A DNA stretch of 63,991 nucleotides, the filler included, from Octopus bimaculoides (Eukaryota), in the NCBI RefSeq assembly GCF_001194135.2. It is 8 parts of 7 records of this genome, joined end to end, with 100 filler letters (N's around TTAATTAATTAA, not from the genome) between each part and the next. Parts side by side here need not be neighbours in the genome. Positions count along the whole stretch, not along the records: positions 1 to 16,253 come from NC_068990.1; positions 16,354 to 28,326 come from NC_068994.1; 6 more parts are not named here. The stretch is one strand, 5' to 3'. The stretch's first letter is position 1. Each line of letters opens with the position of its first letter. The position numbers were made by a program, and so were the translations under genes. Below the pieces are notes generated by a model, which searched no databases, was not told the DNA's origin, and saw only the letters and a list, made by a program, of their open reading frames with translations. Positions 12,310 to 23,909 of the stretch are shown piece by piece.

Positions 12310-14505
12310 GAAAGTCTTTTACTTCCCTCATACAAGTATGTCCAAAGTTCATAAGTAAACAGACTTCCACAGGTCAAATTCACATACATCTTGAAAAACG
12401 TGTTTTACTCCCCTCACACAAGTACGTTCAAAGTTCATAATAAACAGACTTCACAGGTCAAATTCAACATTCACATATATCTATGGCCATTTCAGGAGCT
12501 CACCACCGCAGTTCATTTACACTAAAGTGTATCACAGCGATGACCCCCTCATCAGGATAAACATGAAACATGCACAAATCAAAACTTTCTATGAAAAGCT
12601 TATATAATTTAAGAAGAACCCATCAACGGACCAGTCCAAATTTTCTATAGAAACAAAAGAGACTATTGCTAAACACTCAGGTGGCTGTAGTTAACAGAAA
12701 TTTAACCTCGCCGGTTTCAAAACCCGTAACGCTAAACAATTTTATTACATTTATTTTTATTTCTATATACTTTCAAAAAGGTGAACGAAAACCTATGGTT
12801 GCAAAAAGGGATCACCTCAGTAAATCTATTTAAAATTTTTGGCTCAAAAGACTTAAGGGATTGTAAGGGATTCCTTTACACACAACTTACACTTATTTAT
12901 ATTTACTCTGAAGTAAGGGGCTCTCGAAATAACGGACCAGTCCAGAGAATAACTCTTATTATTCCCCTTTAGATCGTGTAAATACGATGCGAGTGTGGTA
13001 GAGCTACAGTATTTTTCGTTTGAGAACGAGCTCATATGGGCCCTATATCTAGCCTTAAAATTTACTGTACTCCCTATATAAAACTTATCCTCATCCTTAA
13101 CAACGCATTTATATATTGCATGAGTAATTAGACAGAACCCGTCAAGGGGGACATAATCCAGGGTTTCTACAATTACATGATTCCCCAGGGCCATCCCTAA
13201 CCTTATTTCTACTACTAACAGAATTAGTCAGGTTTCCTATATTCACTCCTTCACATCTCTCATTGCTGGAGTTCAATACATCCGGTGGGATCAAAATGTT
13301 GACATTACTAACTTTAGCCGTATCATAACTTACCTGCCCAGAACCGGGGTTTCCATCAGAAGAACATGTCCAGTGCCCTTGCCCATTTAACTTGCTTCTA
13401 TTTATAGATGCAATAATGGAGGCCAAACTTGGCATTACTGAGTAAGAGTATTTGATGGAAGACTTATTGCAAATGCTATAGTATTTATGACTCTTTGGGA
13501 AGTACTCCAGAATCCTAAAAAACATCTTGGGAAAATTTCTCACTCTAAGAGAAAAAGGGGTAGGGCGAACCATATTACTTCTCTTATTCTAGAACGTGAG
13601 CTCTTGGTTTTATCAATCTCCTCACTAGCACTATTTAGCTTCCTATACCTATTTCTAACATCTTTAAATACGTTTCTAACCAATGGCTTATTTTGGTTGC
13701 GATCAGGCAATGCATTGCATTTTTCCCGATCAGCCGTGACATGGTCAGTTGGTAGACCAGCCATCTTGTTTTTAAATTTCGTGTTAGGTATATATGAATT
13801 TTAGTTTTGAATCCACTTAATTTTAGAGCGTTATTGTACACTGGCGCATGTTGATCGAAAATCTCTTCATTTGCGGATAAATTAATGATTCTGATTGAAA
13901 TAGCGGTAACAATGCTATCTATAGTGGACTTTGGGTGATTGGACGATATATTGATATATAAGATGGATTTGTTTGGCTTACGAAATGTATAGTATAAACC
14001 CGTATCCAAACATAATGTAACATCCAGGAAATTCACTACTCTGGAGTTAATATCAAATATAATGTTAAGATTAAAGAAATCTTTTAAGAAACTTCTCAGG
14101 GATTTCCTCAATCTATTCAATGCAGTTTTAGACTGGTTACGTACAGCTAGACGTGCATCATCCTCATACAGTCCCACGGTGAGGAGAGGAAAACTATCCT
14201 TAATCTGCAAAAGGAGGTATAGGCCCACTAAGTCAGTCACCTGTGCAGAATCAGATGACCCCATGGTTATATCGAAGAAATTAGTGGAATCAACTCTCTG
14301 CCAATCACACGCGTTGTAGGAGATGAGGGTCTCCCTTGCCACTAAAATTATATTAATATCTGAACTAGGTATATCCGCAAATTTGCGGGCGAAAATCAAG
14401 ACTTTATTCAGCAATATAGGGGATATAGAATTATAATAATTCGTGATATCGAATTGTATAAAATCTAAATTCGGTTTATTCTTAAGGGAGTCAGACCATA
14501 GGATA
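12310..14505 (-). mobile_element. Naiad-type PLE: RT, linker finger, GIY-YIG and 3' UTR with hammerhead; frameshifted
   Basis: FIQFDITNYY, TMGSSDSAQVTDLVGLY, GLYEDD, VNFLDVTL, SCNCRNPGLCP/LDGFCL, FYIGSTVNFKARYRAHMSSF, KCKLCVKE. Confidence 0.92.
12478..12559 (-). ncRNA. Type I hammerhead ribozyme with palindromic stem III (dimer type), core intact
   Basis: Minus strand: TATC-CTGATGA-[long stem II GGGGGTCATCGCTGTG ... TGCGGTGGTGAGCTCCT]-GAA-ATGGCCAT-A|GATA. Stem I is TATC/GATA; ATGGCCAT is a perfect palindrome; the AUA triplet puts cleavage between 12482 and 12481. Confidence 0.75.
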
Positions 14506-14641
14506 NNNNNNNNNNNNNNNNNNNNNNNNNNNNNNNNNNNNNNNNNNNNNNNNNNNNNNNNNNNNNNNNNNNNNNNNNNNNNNNNNNNNNNNNNNNNNNN
14601 NNNNNNNNNNNNNNNNNNNNNNNNNNNNNNNNNNNNNNNNN

Positions 14642-15435
14642 ATATATATATATTATAGATATATGCATATGTTTATATATTATTTATATTATTATATGAT
14701 CGAACGCCACACATCCTTTCCCAAATAAGTTTTATCTTAATAATTACAATGCGCACTCTGCTACTATTACTATCGCTTCCCCGTCTATCTCTCTCCCTCT
14801 CTTGTTCTTCATCCTTTCTCTTTTTCTCTCTTCACCCTTTCCCTATTCTCTCCTTTTCACCGTTCCCTCTCTCGCTCTCACTCTTCCTCCTTGACCCTCT
14901 CATCGCTGACACGTGACAAAAGGGGATCTCTCTTTCTGCTCACTGCCTTCTTATAGAAAAAACGTATTTTTTCTGTCTGTTCTCTCATGCACGTCTATCT
15001 TAGCGTTCATAATAATTTGTTCTCACTGTCCTGTTCTTACTGTTTTTACTGTCTTGTTCTCACTGTCCTGTTCTTGTTAACACTTTCATCCTCCGCAAAA
15101 AATTCCAAATTTTATTTTATTTGCTTTGCGGGAAAAACTGTTCCAACGAAGTCGCGTATTGTCCTTGCCTTCGAAACGCGGATTAGATGGAACTGGGACA
15201 ACTGACGAAGGGTTATATTCTTTGTTGCATGTCTCATTTCTCTGTTTTTATCGTTGTTTGAAAAAAGTTCGTTTTCTGTTTTCGTCTTTATGTTTTCGTT
15301 TCTCATTGTGTTTAACGTTTTTTTTAATGTCCTGTACTCATATATGCATGTATATATACATATAGATGTAAGTATGTACATATATGTATGGATATATGCA
15401 TATGTTTATATATTATTTATATCATTTATATATAT
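14642..15435 (+). mobile_element. Probable PLE pLTR/3' UTR fragment between TA-rich tracts
   Basis: Pyrimidine-rich UTR-like sequence with degenerate CTGACGAAGGG (about 15203) and CGAAACGCG (about 15172) hammerhead-like half motifs. Confidence 0.35.
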
Positions 15436-15744
15436 ATAAAGAAACGTTGATCATAGAACAAACATCAAATTTGAGCACTTCTTTTTTGCAGTCCTATAAA
15501 CCTTTTTATTTCCATAAAAAAAGACAAAATTATTTCTTGTCGTATCAAGGCCTAATAGGAAGCGGTCTGGCTTCCTAGGGCTAAACATCAGTAGTATATT
15601 CCCTTATTGGGACTGTCACGTTAAGTTGGCAGTATACAACTACTTTATCGCATCACTACTGCTTAAGTCTCTCTGAGAGATTTAGAAATTCATTATTTCT
15701 AATTTTTGTAACCAGTGAATGTATTTCACTGAAATAGTATATCC

Positions 15745-16253
15745 TTACGAGAGTGAGACAGACTTCTTCATCTAGCTGGTCGTGAACGTGGAGTAATAAC
15801 GACGGCTCACTCAGATCGTACATAGACAGAATTTTTGTTAAGGAAAGAGATAAGCATAGCTTTAGCTGTCCACATTTTTGTATTGTGCCTTACTCGGATC
15901 ATAAACTTGTGACGTGTGAGGTGCATATATATAAGTGTCATAGACAGGTTCCCGGGTATTGGAAAATGAACAAGTCTATTTTGACTTGTGTAGCTTTCCG
16001 TACCCGGATTAAGGAGTTAGTGCAGAGGGCATTATGTGGCACCATCATTAATAATAGATGGTAGCACGCCCTCAAGAGAGCCATCCGTCTTGAGTCCATT
16101 AGATTTAGCAATCAGCTAAGTTTATATAGGACTAGAATAGAGGGGGACTTAGTCAAGAGTCTAGATGAGGCAATGGAATCTGGCTCCGCATCCAGAGTGA
16201 CGGCGGCGAGAACGGTCTTGTACCGTCACCTCAATGCCAAACACGAAGGGTGC
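15745..16253 (+). mobile_element. Second Tx1/L1 LINE fragment (end of APE endonuclease and linker), cut by the scaffold end
   Basis: RSYIDRIFV, YSDHKLV and PGYWKMNKSIL, homologous to 10260-10560. Confidence 0.8.
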
Positions 16254-16353
16254 NNNNNNNNNNNNNNNNNNNNNNNNNNNNNNNNNNNNNNNNNNNNTTA
16301 ATTAATTAANNNNNNNNNNNNNNNNNNNNNNNNNNNNNNNNNNNNNNNNNNNN
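16254..16353. other. Artificial 100-bp scaffold-join spacer (N44-TTAATTAATTAA-N44)
   Basis: The identical construct recurs at 28327-28426, 32303-32402, 35561-35660, 47445-47544, 51332-51431 and 59138-59237; the 12-mer has stops in all six frames. Confidence 0.97.
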
Positions 16354-16359
16354 TATATA

Positions 16360-16545
16360 TACATAGGACAGAAAGATTAGGTAAAAAAGCAAATAAATTG
16401 GAAGGAGCCTTAACTATTTCGAGCATGCGCTCTCCTAAGATAGATGAGGAGAGACAAAACAACAAACGTACCTCAATTGGGCAATTTTGGCATGCTCAAA
16501 TGCATACATGAGATAACTTTAATTGAAAGAAAAGCAAATGTCATA
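16360..16545 (-). mobile_element. PLE pLTR fragment with degenerate hammerhead motif
   Basis: Minus 16439-16411: CTTAGGA-GAGCGCATGCTC-GAAA-TAGTTA (perfect stem II, G5 mutated); flanked by (TA)n. Confidence 0.45.
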
Positions 16546-16574
16546 TATATATACATATATATATGGGGTGTTGG

Positions 16575-19475
16575 GGGAGCTGATGGAGGAGTAGCACCTT
16601 TGTAGGAAGACAGACGCCTCGCCCTCCGCGGGTGATCCGACTACCTTGGTCACCACATCAGCCTCAGCTCGTACATATGGCTCCTACTAGTTACCGGACA
16701 CAGCAGCGGCCACAGCCCGGGCAACAGCGTCGTCTCGCCGGCCAGACTATGTACGGGTACCCATCTGGTGGATTCCAGTTGGGGATGGGGAAAACCATTC
16801 CCCCTTGTGTCAAGTGGTCACCGGGCTTATGTTAAAGGGCGTACGAACTGCGACATGGCGGTCAACGGTCTTTCAGGGCGGAAGAACTGTCATGAAAGTT
16901 CAGGGATCTCAACCCTGATGCAGAAAGATACTGACGACCTACCGCACTCTATAGTCGAGATTGTTATCATGATTTCAAGGCTCAGATTGCCAGATATCAC
17001 ATTGGAAGGTGAGACCCGGGGGCCTGAAAATGTGTCAAATGCCACCGCGGAAGAGGTTTATGCTTCCCCAAGTACATCTAGTCAACCAGGTGATGACGGA
17101 GGTGGGTTAAACACCTTCCTCCCGACTGTCCTGGTGTGAAAAAGAGGGGTGTTCACCTACGTAAGGAGTGGATCATTGCCACATGGAATGTCAGAGGACT
17201 CATCACGGGGAGCTAAACGTGATAACATTTGAGATGAAGGGATGTAGAATGAATGTCCTCGGGCTGTCGGAACGGTCAGGGAAGATTCACAGCGCAGAAT
17301 GGAGACACGATCTTCTTCACAAGAAGGGAGACCGGTCGACGTAATGGAGTGGGATTTGTGACGTCCAGAGAGTTGACCTCATCAGTCATAGGATACAATC
17401 CTGTCAATGACAGAATCGTGACCATACGGCTGAGGTGCCACTCTCTAAACACTACACTCATCCAGGTTTACGCACCAACGAGCGAAGCAAGTGAAGAAGA
17501 AATGCAGGATTTCTATGATGTTGTTCAGCAGACACTGGACAATGTTCCACGGAGAGACGTCATTATCGTGATGGGAGATTGGAATGCCAAGGTGGGGAAG
17601 AGCATTACCAACAGTTCGAGGGTGGGCCAACACGGTTTGGGGGAGAGGAATCAAAGAGGACAGGATCTGGTTGACCTTTGTTTCACCAACAACCTAGACA
17701 TCGGTAACATCATCTTCCAGCATCACCCGAGAAGGTTGTACACTTGGACCAGTCCAGGAGACCGGTTTCGAAACCAGATTGACTACATCATGATTCAAGG
17801 ACGATGGAGGTCGGCACTCAAGAATGCAAGGACACGACCAGGGGCAGACTGCGAAAGCAATCATCAGCTGCTGTGTGCAACGATTAAGATCCTGATGAGG
17901 TCACGGCGAAAGCAGACGAAAACAACACGGTACGACGTCACTTAGATCCCGGAAGCTTTCAGTGTCGAGATGCAGAATAGATTTCTACCGCTTCTCCAAT
18001 CATACGATAATGGAGAGTGGAGATCAGACGCACTTTGGGAGAAAATGGTCAACATCACAGAGGAAGTTGCGGAGAGGATTATTCCTAGACGTCGCAAGAA
18101 GAAGGAGGTAGGCGAAAGTAAGTGGAAACCATCAGGAATGAAGAGAAGTTGACAAGCAGTACAACAGACAGGCACTAGAGGACAAGAGGAACCATCTGGA
18201 CCAGATATGTCTGGAGGCGGAAGATGCGTCACAGAAAGGTGACATCAAGTCTGTTTTTCGTTTGGTGAAGGAATTGAGTAGAAAGAGGAAGTGGACAGCA
18301 CGTAGTGACGTCATCAACGATAAAGAAGGTAACATCCTGACATCAAGAGGACATCAAAGAGGAAGATGACATCAAAGCTAGGTGGAAGGAATACAGCACC
18401 GATTTGTACAGAAGGAGGCAGGAAGATCTCTCCGCTGCACTCGCTGTAGCCGAAGATAGAGGACCGGAACCACTCAAAGAAGTGAGGCAGGCGCTGTACC
18501 ATACCAAGAACGAGAAGAGCCCTGGCGTGGATGAACTGCCCATCGGGGTATGAAAGGCGACGGGAGATATTGGGATAGAACTGTTGTGGAGATTGTGTGT
18601 AAAGGTCGGGAATGACGTGGAGTGGCAGATCGACTGGTGTCGTGCAGTCTTCGTACCAATACCAGAGAAAGGTAACTCATGCGAGTGCTCTAACCACCGA
18701 GCCATCAGTCTTATTGTCCACGTAAGCAAGATCCTGCTGCGAATCATCGTAGGTAGACTGCAGCGGAAATATAGCAGTGTCATCGCTGAGGAACAAGCTG
18801 GCTTCGTCAAGGGCAGAGGAACAAGGGAACAGATAGACAACATCAGGATGATGATCGAGAAGTGGGACGTCATGAAGGACATGGGATTTCCTGAACACTT
18901 AGTCACACTGTTGGCGCGACTATATTAAGATCAACAGTCATCTGTCAGGACGTCCGTCGGTGACACTGAGTGGTTCGGCATTGAGTGGGGTGTCCGACAG
19001 GGATGTGTTCTGTCTCCATATCTGTACAAAGGCTGTGCAATCTGAGATACGCCGATGTCACAACCCTCATAAGTAACAGCAAGGAGGAATTGCTGCAGAT
19101 GATACGCAGAGGGAAAGACATGAGTGCACTGAGGGACCTGTTCCTGAATGTAAAGAAGACAAAGATCTTGGGTGTATAAGTACAGGACAGATCAAGGTGA
19201 CTTCACCGTAGACGGAGAGATGATTCAGGAAGTGGATGATTTTGTGTACTTGGGATCCACAATCAGCAGCAGTGGATCAAGCACACCAGAGATACGGAGA
19301 AGGCTCGCGATAGCGAGGCAAGCGGTACAAGATATGAAGAACATCTAGAAGAGTCGTGATATGTCAATGCTGCTGAAGATAAGGCTACTTCGGGCTGCCG
19401 CTTTCTCTATTGCGACGTACGGCTGCGAGTCGTGGACAATGTTGAAGGCAGACGAGAAAAGAGTGAACGCTTATT
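16575..19475 (+). mobile_element. RTE-clade LINE, near full length but decayed (5' UTR, APE endonuclease, RT)
   Basis: ATWNVRGL, RRNGVGF, DRIVTIRL, IQVYAPT, MGDWNAKVG, RNQIDYIMI, KSPGVDELP, RAISLIVHVSKILL, EEQAGFVKGRGTREQI, VRQGCVLSP, RYADVTTL, FVYLGS, YGCESWT. Confidence 0.93.
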
Positions 19476-20399
19476 GATAAGCATTTATAGACAACTCTTC
19501 TGCTCTTCAGAGATATTAAATTAGAAATTTGTATAGTTTATCGAATGGTATTTTTTTTTAATATGAAGTAATATAAAAGGTGTTTGTTTGAAATATAAAT
19601 CAAATGTTAAAAATTAAAAGTTACTGTTTGCATTTTGGTTAGTACACTTTAGTATAAGACTTTAATCCATATTTTCTTCTACTGAAGACCAACCAAAGAA
19701 GATGTGAGAACTGGACACTTTCCTGTCGTAGAGTAACGACACAAGTTTTCAGTTTTATCTTTTAATCAACTGGAAACGCAGTGCACATAAGCCTTCTGCG
19801 AGATCTCGTTACTGAAGTGTCACGGAAGAAGGAATGCATCTTCAAACTGAATATCTAGCCAAAACGCTTTTAAAAGGGGACCGGCTCATGAAATTCAAGG
19901 TGCCGTGTGGTGTTTTAAAGCCATGTTTTGGGTTAAATTAAGCAACGAAGTAGGCAGTAGGAGGATTTGAACTCTAGAAAACATAGAACCGGAACAGTTA
20001 GCGCAACATCCAGACCGACGTTCATAAAATTCGGCTGACGTATCGCATAGGATTGGTACTTTAATTATCAACTCCATAGAGAGAGATGTGAGCAGGATAT
20101 GTTAATGTAAGTGAGCCATAGAGTAAATTTGGGAGGCCTTTTAATGTGTGCGGTGGGGGGAAGGTTGTATATGCGTGTGTGGGTGTGTATGCGACTGTTT
20201 GAGTGTATGTATTTGAATGTGTGTGTATGAAGGAAATGTTAGCCATTTTCCATACTTCCTCGAGGTAAGCAAATAGGAAATAACAGTTGTATCTAAGGAC
20301 AAAAATCTTGTTGCACGGTGTAATTAACTGTATGTTTTCATGTATAAATATATTCGTATTTATGTTACTTCTTGTTCCTTCACATCATAATTCCTGTGC

Positions 20400-20736
20400 T
20401 GGGTTCCATATGGCCGCTGACGAGCCATATAAAATTTTTGGAGGTGCACATAACAAAATAGTAACTTGAAGATGCATAGTAGTATTTTAAGGGTCCTTGA
20501 GAAAATTTTGCTTATGTGTATACATTGGTATGGTTTGAAAGAGACAGCTAGGTTTCATTCTCTAACATTCTGTATAGTTCAACTTACACAAGTTAATGTG
20601 TAAAAAACAAAATAGGAATTTTGAGAGAAATTTCTATAAAACTAATTTTTAAACCTCGAATATCTAGGGGGATCTACCAGAATAAAATACTAGTCGAAGG
20701 GGCCCAGCGACAAAAGAAACTGGTGAGAACCCCTAG
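20400..20736. mobile_element. hAT-like non-autonomous remnant (one TIR visible)
   Basis: Ends GGTGAGAACCCCTAG, resembling the reverse complement of hAT CAGGGGTTCTCAAC termini; the left TIR is not found. Confidence 0.35.
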
Positions 20737-20857
20737 TCTAATATCCGGACAAGATCCAGAACCTAAATTTTTTTAAAGGCCGCATTCAAATATTTAAAAC
20801 ATAAGTCAATTAAAGAAAAAAATGATTATATTTATAGAAGGAAGGCTTGTACTGGTA

Positions 20858-21170
20858 AAGGCGAGTGGTTTAATGGTGAGTGTATTCATCTCCCGANNNN
20901 NNNNNNCGAGTGGTTTAATGGTGAGTGTATTCATCTCCCGATCGTGGGTTCGATACCTGGCAGTAAGTTGTGTCCTTAGGTAAGACACTTTATTCTTCAT
21001 GTTGCTCCAGTCAATTCGTCTGGTACAAATGAGTAGTTCTTATGTTTCAAAGAGCCTGTCTTGTCACATTCTATTTCTCGCTGAATCTATTGCGCGTTCA
21101 TTTTGCGAGCAGGCTGTTCCATTGATCGGATCGACTGGAACATTCACCGTCGTTACAAACGGATTTTAGT
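20858..21170 (+). mobile_element. tRNA-derived SINE, degenerate (shares its 3' body with 61220-61400)
   Basis: A-box AGTGGTTTAATGG and B-box GGTTCGATACC; body CAGGCTGTTCCATTGATCGGATCGACTGGAAC. Confidence 0.65.
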
Positions 21171-21244
21171 TTCTAAATCTATACCAACAGACACACACCC
21201 ACTGATAGATCTTTAAAAATACATAAGAAAAGGACGAACAAACC

Positions 21245-21395
21245 CAGGCGTGACTGTGTGATAAGAAGCTTGCTTCTTAACCACATGGCTCCGCGTTCAG
21301 TGCCAGTGCGCCACAACCTTGGAAAGTGAGTGGATTTCGTTGCCGAAACTGAAATTAGCCCATCGTGTAAATATATATATATATATATATATATA
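21245..21395 (+). mobile_element. tRNA-head SINE 5' part (same family as the 46.2, 55.4 and 57.7 kb copies)
   Basis: GACTGTGTGATAAG...GCGTTCAGTGCC...GTGAGTGGATTT...GAAACTGAAA, then (TA)n. Confidence 0.75.
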
Positions 21396-23014
21396 NNNNN
21401 NNNNNNNNNNNNNNNNNNNNNNNNNNNNNNNNNNNNNNNNNNNNNNNNNNNNNNNNNNNNNNNNNNNNNNNNNNNNNNNNNNNNNNNNNNNNNNNNNNNN
21501 NNNNNNNNNNNNNNNNNNNNNNNNNNNNNNNNNNNNNNNNNNNNNNNNNNNNNNNNNNNNNNNNNNATATATAATGTAACAAACATGAGAAAAAGCAATT
21601 CCTTCAGTGGGATGTAAAACGACCAATTCACCAGCACAGCAGTTGAATACCACAAAGTTATGGGAATTACTATCAATTACAAATAATAAATTAAATAGAG
21701 AAATACAATTGACAATCTAACAGTTTATTTACATTATAATATAATACACTATTCCATAAATTGTAAGATAACATAACATAAATACATTTTTAAAAAAAGC
21801 AAATGAAGCCAACAATATGATTCGACTTATAGACAATATTTGATTTATAAACAATACCTATCTATGTATATAAGTCACTTCAGGGCATTGGATCAAAAAG
21901 ACATACGAAATTCCATGCGCAAGGACTGTTAGGTAGCAAATTGCTGGCTCTAAATCGCTATGTTTAAGAGCGTGCGCAGTGACGAACGCTTTAGTGAAGT
22001 CAAGATGTATGACATCAGNNNNNNNNNNNNNNNNNNNNNNNNNNNNNNNNNNNNNNNNNNNNNNNNNNNNNNNNNNNNNNNNNNNNNNNNNNNNNNNNNN
22101 NNNNNNNNNNNNNNNNNNNNNNNNNNNNNNNNNNNNNNNNNNNNNNNNNNNNNNNNNNCAATTTTGACAGTAAGATATTATAGTCAAATCTGACGAACGC
22201 TTTACTGAAGTCAAGATGTATGACATCAGAGTTGGAACCTGTTCCCAAGGCTTTAAGCATATCATCGATGTGGTGTAAGAGCTGTGTTAGACAGACCCTG
22301 CCGCAGCGAAAGCCATGCTGGTTTGAATTCAGATGTTTGTGGTTCACCCAGGAAACCAGCTATCCTTGATTTTACCACCCTTTCAAACAATTTAATGATA
22401 TGGGAGGTGAGTGAGATTGCGCGATAGTTGACTGCGAGGGATCTGTTTCCCTGCTTGGAAACTGGGATGACAGACTGAGATCGGATCTGTTTCGGTTTGT
22501 AATCGGAATCTTAAGAATTTCTCCAGAAGTTGGTCAGAGGGACTGCAAGTTGGTGTCTACATTCCTTCGGGAGACTAGCGGGGAATCTATCAGGGCCTAC
22601 ACCAGAACAGTATTTGATGTCATTTATTGCTGCTATGATGTCTGAAGCAGTGAAGGTTATGTCGGAAATTTTACGCTGCGAATTGACTTCGTTTATTTCC
22701 TTATGTCAGTACCAGTGGGATCTCTAAAGACAGAGAAGTATCGTTTCTGCGGTATTTCTGCCATTTCTTTAGCATCGTGTTGGAGAATGCCGTTATCATC
22801 GATAAATGGATCAATGGGTGAGGCAGCTGTTCTACGCTTATTTGCATATGAATAGAACATTTATGAGTTCTGTTTGATTTTTTATATTTTTTATTAACCA
22901 CTGTTCTTCTGCAGCTCCTTGATTTTCAATGGAGGTTTTCATGTCGGTCTGCAGATGAAGTTTATCCAACTCCAGCCTTTTCATTGTTGTTGAATGCGGA
23001 TATTGTATGTTATT

Positions 23015-23242
23015 TCTTTACTACCCACAAGGGGCTACACACAGAGGGGACAAACAAGGACAGACAAACGGATTAAATCGAATATATCGACCCCAGTGCG
23101 TAGCTGGTACTTATTTAATCGACCCCGAAAGGATGAAAGGCAAAGTCGACCTCGGCGGAATTTGAACTCAGAACGTAGCGGGCAGACGAAATACCGCTAA
23201 GCATTTCGCCCGGTGTGCTAACGGTTCTGCCAGCTCGCCGCC
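23015..23242 (-). mobile_element. tRNA-derived SINE (GGCGGCGAGCTGGCAGAA family)
   Basis: Head GGCGGCGAGCTGGCAGAACCGTTAGC...GAGTTCAAATTCCGCC; homologous to the 31.8, 41.9, 43.3, 50.3 and 62.5 kb copies. Confidence 0.9.
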
Positions 23243-23551
23243 ATTATGCGGATATAGTATGTAGGAGTATTTTGTCTTATTTTTTTGCCTCTAGGGAACC
23301 GGTTTCTGTTCGTTAGGAGCATATTTTGAACGCATTTTGATCGCATTTTGAGCATGTATAGGTGACAATGTCCTCAAAGTGCTGCCATGTGGCCTCAATG
23401 TCAGTGGAACCGTGAGTGAAGGACCATCGATAGAGGACAGATCCTTCCTGATTGCTCCCCAGTCCAATTTGTGGAAGTTTATGCTGTCAAATAAGTGCAG
23501 TGGAATGGGATTGACTGGTTTGGTTTTGATATGCCGATATATATATATATA

Positions 23552-23607
<56 letters not shown>

Positions 23608-23654
23608 ATTGTATTATATTATATTATAATACATTATGTTATGTTACACATGCA

Positions 23655-23909
23655 GGTACTACTAATGCAGCACGGTCCCGAACGCGCAGTCGCACGTCGG
23701 CGCTAGCTAGTCGTGAGTGGTCGATCCTAACCCTAACCCTAAACATGTATTCATTTACACACGCGGGTTAGGGATAGGGCTATGGTTAGGGTTAGGGACA
23801 GGGTTAGGGTTAGGGTTAGGGACAGGGTCAGGGCTAGGATCGACCACTCACGACTAGCTAGTCCGGACGCGCGACTGCGCGTTCGGGACCGTGCTGCTTT
23901 AGTAGTACC
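23655..23909. mobile_element. 255-bp fold-back (MITE-like) element with about 88-bp TIRs ending internally in telomeric CCCTAA/TTAGGG repeats
   Basis: The left arm GGTACTACTAATGCAGCACGGTCCCGAACGCG...CCCTAACCCTAA is the reverse complement of the right arm; there are about 11 GGG tracts at 23765-23833. Confidence 0.85.

Noticed and set aside
15160-15235. CGAAACGCG and CTGACGAAGGG hammerhead half-motifs
   Set aside because: Neither has a partner box in the correct order with a closing stem II.
16575-16860. HDV-like ribozyme at the RTE 5' end
   Set aside because: Some helices are possible (GCTGATG/CATCAGC), but no consistent P1-P3-P1.1-P4 register.
20868-20941. Direct duplications flanking 10-N gaps (also about 26750-26810, 27260-27365 and 50293-50405)
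   Set aside because: Typical unmerged contig overlaps, i.e. assembly artifacts.
21790-22229. Duplicated CR1 RT motif (21981-22018 / 22192-22229) joined to an inverted CR1 3' fragment
   Set aside because: It spans an N gap; a real 5' inversion cannot be told from haplotype misassembly.
23765-23833. Telomere or chromosome-fusion site
   Set aside because: The array is short, degenerate and enclosed in transposon-like TIRs.
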